DNA of 41,228 nucleotides, filler included, from Chloroflexota bacterium (lineage in GTDB: Bacteria; Chloroflexota; Chloroflexia; QHBQ01): NCBI GenBank assembly GCA_043754535.1. It is 2 parts of 2 records of this genome, joined end to end, with 100 filler letters (N's around TTAATTAATTAA, not from the genome) between each part and the next. Parts side by side here need not be neighbours in the genome. Positions count along the whole stretch, not along the records: positions 20,932 to 41,228 come from JAYUUN010000132.1; 1 more part is not named here. The stretch is one strand, 5' to 3'. Numbering within the stretch: the stretch's first letter is position 1; each line of letters starts with the position of its first letter. The notes beneath the pieces are model-generated. The model was not told where the DNA came from. It did not search any database and saw nothing but the letters and a program-made list of their open reading frames with translations. This document shows, piece after piece, positions 37,934 through 41,228 of the stretch. The position numbers were made by a program, and so were the translations under genes.

Positions 37934-39568
37934 ATGAGCAAGCAAAGCGCGGCAGGGTTGGGGCTGGACATTGGCACCAGCTTTGCGCGGGCCGCCACCC
38001 TCGACCAGCATGGTAGGCCGCTACTGCTCGGCGGGGCTGGGGCCAGCCTGCCGTCTCTCGTACGCTATACCATCGCTGGACCGACCCTGGGCCACTACGC
38101 CGCTCGCTACCTGGTCGCCGACTATGAGAGTACCGCCCGCGATGTTGTACGCTACCTCGGTAGCTGGCGCGAAATACCGGCTCAGCTAGCGGCCATCGCT
38201 CCCTACCGTGTGTTCGAGCAGGGGGGCCGCGCTGCCTTCGACCTTGTGTACTCAACACCGACTGCCGAGGAGGTCTATGGCCTACTGGCTGCCCAGCTTG
38301 CAGCGGGGGCAGCGGGGCCAGTCGTCGTCACCTGCCCAGCCAGCGCGAGCGACAGCTACCGCCTCTCGCTCTGCGCTGCCGCCCACGACGCGGGCGTGGA
38401 GGTGGCCCAGGTGATCAACCAACCGACGGCGGCCCTGCTCGGCTTGCTCGGTGAGGTGCCAGCCCTCGGTCTACTCGCTCGTAAGGGCGGCCACGTTGCG
38501 GTGGTGGATGTCGGTGGGGGGAGCAGCGACGTGACCATTGCCCGCTTGGAGGGAACAAGCGTGCAGGTGGTGGCGACGGCTGGTGAAGCGCACATGGGCG
38601 GGGTAGACTTTGCCCACGCTCTCGCCCAGGCGGTCAACGAACGCTTCGCTAGCCAGGGGGTTGACCTGCTCGGTGAAGCGCAGGCTGGTAGCCGCCCACG
38701 GCTGCAAGCCGTCGCCCTACTACGTGCCTGTGAGGAGGTGATGGAGCAGTTGAGTACAGCCCAGCAAGCAGACCTCTGCCTGGATCATGGGGCGGGCTTC
38801 GGCCACGATTTGTGGGCAGTGATCACTCGTGCCGACCTCACGCAGGCAGTCGCCCCCTTCATGCGGCGGTTGCAGAGCCTCTGTGGGGCAGCCTTGCAGC
38901 AGGCCAACCTCAAGAGCAAGCAGATCGGGGCAGTAGTGCTTGTCGGTGGGGTGGGTCAGATGCCCGCTGTGCGCCACACGGTGGCTGCCGCCTTCGGCCA
39001 GCCGCTTGCCACGCTGATCTGCCGCCAGCAAGAGGCGGCGGTCGCCCTCGGTGCTGCCGTGCAGGCAGGTATCCTCAGCGGGCGGCTGCACCTCAGCGTA
39101 CGCGATGTGACCCCCTACCCGCTCGGCACCGCCTGCATCTACTACGCCCATACCGACAAGCAGCAGGAACTGTTCAGCACGATCATCCCGCGCCAGCAGC
39201 CGATCCCCACTGCCGCCCGCAGCACGGGGGGCGCATACACCCAGCGTTACTACACCCTCTACCCCAATCAAACCACGATGCGGTTGGATGTGCTGCAATA
39301 TAGAGGGCGCAAAGCCACTAGCCCCACTGACGATCCGCCACGAGTGCAGCCAGAGGAATGCGAGAAGCTGGCCGACTTTAACTTCACCAACCTGACCCCC
39401 GGCCAGAGCGCGATGGTGGATGTTACCTTCAGCATAGATGCTAGTGGTATCCTCCACGTTCGGGCCTGCGAAGTCGGCACCAGCAACGTGCTGACTACTA
39501 TCGTCGAACGCTGGTTAGGCAAAGCAACTTTAGCAGCCGCAAGCCTCTGGCAAGCAGCAAGGAGATAG
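37934..39568 (+). CDS. Atypical Hsp70/DnaK-family protein lacking the helical lid
   Basis: GLDIGTS, INQPTAA, VDVGGGSSDV, VLVGG, AVALGAAVQAG, DVTPYPLG, VTFSIDASGILHV; AAGGAGGTG Shine-Dalgarno. Confidence 0.9.
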   Translation: MSKQSAAGLGLDIGTSFARAATLDQHGRPLLLGGAGASLPSLVRYTIAGPTLGHYAARYLVADYESTARDVVRYLGSWREIPAQLAAIAPYRVFEQGGRAAFDLVYSTPTAEEVYGLLAAQLAAGAAGPVVVTCPASASDSYRLSLCAAAHDAGVEVAQVINQPTAALLGLLGEVPALGLLARKGGHVAVVDVGGGSSDVTIARLEGTSVQVVATAGEAHMGGVDFAHALAQAVNERFASQGVDLLGEAQAGSRPRLQAVALLRACEEVMEQLSTAQQADLCLDHGAGFGHDLWAVITRADLTQAVAPFMRRLQSLCGAALQQANLKSKQIGAVVLVGGVGQMPAVRHTVAAAFGQPLATLICRQQEAAVALGAAVQAGILSGRLHLSVRDVTPYPLGTACIYYAHTDKQQELFSTIIPRQQPIPTAARSTGGAYTQRYYTLYPNQTTMRLDVLQYRGRKATSPTDDPPRVQPEECEKLADFNFTNLTPGQSAMVDVTFSIDASGILHVRACEVGTSNVLTTIVERWLGKATLAAASLWQAARR

Positions 39569-39572
39569 AGCA

Positions 39573-40361
39573 ATGAACAACAAGCCTACGATCACCATCG
39601 TCGTCGCCCAGTGCGTACAGCGCAGCTTCATCAGCCCGCTGGCGGGGCCAGACCCGCGCTGCAAGCCCTGCAAGCTGCACTGCGGCTACAGCAACAGTAT
39701 CCGCCTGCTGGGCGGCGGGCCGCAGGGTCAGCCCAACCACCTGGAGAACTTTCTGGCTACCGCGCATGGTCTCAACGGCGGGCAAGGTAGCGAGTTCGTC
39801 CACGTTGTCTATGTCGATGACCACCATGTGGACGATGGCAACCCCCTGACGGTCGAACACTTCGCCCAGTTTGGTCGCCACTGTGTCCCAGGTGAGGTGG
39901 ACGGCAGCGGGCTGGAGGGCTACCTCGGCACTGGCGAGACGGCTACCTGGCGGGGGCTGCACAATGGGCGCACCCACCTGGTTCGCACCCCCAGCCTGAA
40001 CGACAATATGTACGGCAGCGGCTTCATCCCTGTCCTGACCTCGATCTGTCAGGAGGCGGAGGACACCTACGGGGTTGACCCCAGCGACATCCGCATCCTC
40101 AATCTAGGCGGCTGGAGCATCATCAAGGTGCTGTTCTGCGGCGTATGGGAGTTGCTGCACCATGGTATCCCCGACTACCGTGACCGCGAGAACCGCGAGG
40201 CAACCATCCGCTTCGCACAAGTGGCGGTCAGCGACGCGCTCAGCTACAGCGTGCAGCGCGAACATCACAACGTCGCCCTCGAAGTGGTGGAGATGATCGG
40301 GGGCAAGGTGCTACGCAGCACCGAAGACGCGCTGGCCTACGCCGGGCTAACCTACCGCTAG
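39573..40361 (+). CDS. Divergent isochorismatase/nicotinamidase-like (cysteine hydrolase fold) protein
   Basis: IVVAQCVQRSF, YVDDHH, FGRHCVPG, GGWSIIKV, VAVSDAL, ALEVVEMIGGKV match the fold's motif order. Confidence 0.7.
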   Translation: MNNKPTITIVVAQCVQRSFISPLAGPDPRCKPCKLHCGYSNSIRLLGGGPQGQPNHLENFLATAHGLNGGQGSEFVHVVYVDDHHVDDGNPLTVEHFAQFGRHCVPGEVDGSGLEGYLGTGETATWRGLHNGRTHLVRTPSLNDNMYGSGFIPVLTSICQEAEDTYGVDPSDIRILNLGGWSIIKVLFCGVWELLHHGIPDYRDRENREATIRFAQVAVSDALSYSVQREHHNVALEVVEMIGGKVLRSTEDALAYAGLTYR

Positions 40362-40372
40362 AGGGGGACGAC

Positions 40373-40879
40373 ATGAGCTACTTCAGCGTAGATGAGCAAC
40401 TAGAACGGGCCGTCAGCAGCCTGCCTGCCCCCTGGGGTCTCAGGGGCATGGTGCAGCGAGTGGGGTCGGTTGCCCATCTCAACCTGCACTGGCAGCGACC
40501 GCCTACCACGCTGGAAGGTTACCGCGTCCTGCTCCTGGCTGCTGATGGCTGGCAGGTAGCTGGACAGGTACAGGCAGCCACTAGCAACTGGCAGGGCGAG
40601 CTTGGCGCAGGCGAAGGCAGCTTCACCCTGGCAGTCGCGGCCTACTGGGGAGAAGTGCAGAGTGCGCCTAGCGTTCCCCTCACCCTCACCTTGCTGCCGC
40701 TTCAGTCGCAGCCAGTGGCAGATAGCAGGGCGGTTGTCCTCGCCACCACGCCGCCACCGCAACCAATTGTTGTCACCCAGGTGATCGCGATAGAGGACGA
40801 CCTCGCCGCACTAGACACCGCCCTCGCGCAAGCGCAGGCACACATCGGCCCCAATGGAGTTTTCGTCAGGTTCAGGTAA
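40373..40879 (+). CDS. Hypothetical protein with fibronectin type III-like domain, no signal peptide
   Basis: PAPWGL...LHWQRP...GYRV...FTLAVAAYWGEVQSAPS pattern; GAGGGG Shine-Dalgarno. Confidence 0.6.
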   Translation: MSYFSVDEQLERAVSSLPAPWGLRGMVQRVGSVAHLNLHWQRPPTTLEGYRVLLLAADGWQVAGQVQAATSNWQGELGAGEGSFTLAVAAYWGEVQSAPSVPLTLTLLPLQSQPVADSRAVVLATTPPPQPIVVTQVIAIEDDLAALDTALAQAQAHIGPNGVFVRFR

Positions 40880-40934
40880 CGCCCGCACTTGCCCAGGCAG
40901 GGTGGGGGTTGTGTTTATAGAAAGGGACACTGCA

Positions 40935-41228
40935 ATGACCGCAGAGACTATCGAACGCCGCGACAGCCGCTCCTGGAAGGTAGTGGAGCAGCCCGCCGAA
41001 CTGACCTGCCGCTGCTGCCACCCGGCCAGCCCGCTAATCCCCCGCGTAGGTGAGGAAGGGCAGGGTTACGCCCTGTGCCTCTACACCGGGCGCACCCACA
41101 GCATCGAGGGCGACACCACCCACCTCACCCCGGTTGGTGATCCGCTCGCCGAGGCGTTCAGCAACTACGGTTACGGCTGGCCGGAAGACAAGCCGGTACT
41201 GGCCCCCGGCGTGCGCGTTGACCTCAGC
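40935..41228 (+). CDS. Hypothetical protein with Cys/His cluster (3' end truncated by window edge)
   Basis: GAAAGGGA Shine-Dalgarno, ATG at 40935, open to window end: MTAETIERRDSRSWKVVEQPAELTCRCCHPASPLIPR...ALCLYTGRTH...PGVRVDLS. Confidence 0.7.
   Translation, partial: MTAETIERRDSRSWKVVEQPAELTCRCCHPASPLIPRVGEEGQGYALCLYTGRTHSIEGDTTHLTPVGDPLAEAFSNYGYGWPEDKPVLAPGVRVDLS

Overview
GC-rich bacterial DNA, probably Chloroflexota (inferred from gene style, not proven), made of two contigs joined by an artificial 100-nt linker (N44-TTAATTAATTAA-N44, 20832-20931). Most of the window is housekeeping or metabolic: photolyase, MFS transporter, three tRNAs, murI, M16 peptidase, ftsH, 6S RNA, holA, trxB fusion, UDG, holB, ndk, gdh, hutI, GH57, acyl-CoA dehydrogenase with etfBA, and sodN-sodX. 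Four signals stand out. (1) At the right end, an operon encodes an Hsp70 lacking key ATPase residues, a degenerate nicotinamidase/isochorismatase-like protein, a cytoplasmic FN3-like protein and a Cys/His-rich ORF. Its consensus promoter is bracketed by four regularly spaced TAGTGT-N7-ACACTA palindromes resembling NrtR (ADP-ribose-sensing) operators, making it a candidate NAD+/ADP-ribose-responsive stress or conflict system. (2) Sigma-54-type -24/-12 motifs precede four scattered general-stress-type genes. (3) A family-4 UDG carries a long disordered tail with AT-hook-like motifs and a terminal beta-clamp motif (QLSFF). (4) A yybP-ykoY (Mn2+) riboswitch precedes a CaCA antiporter.
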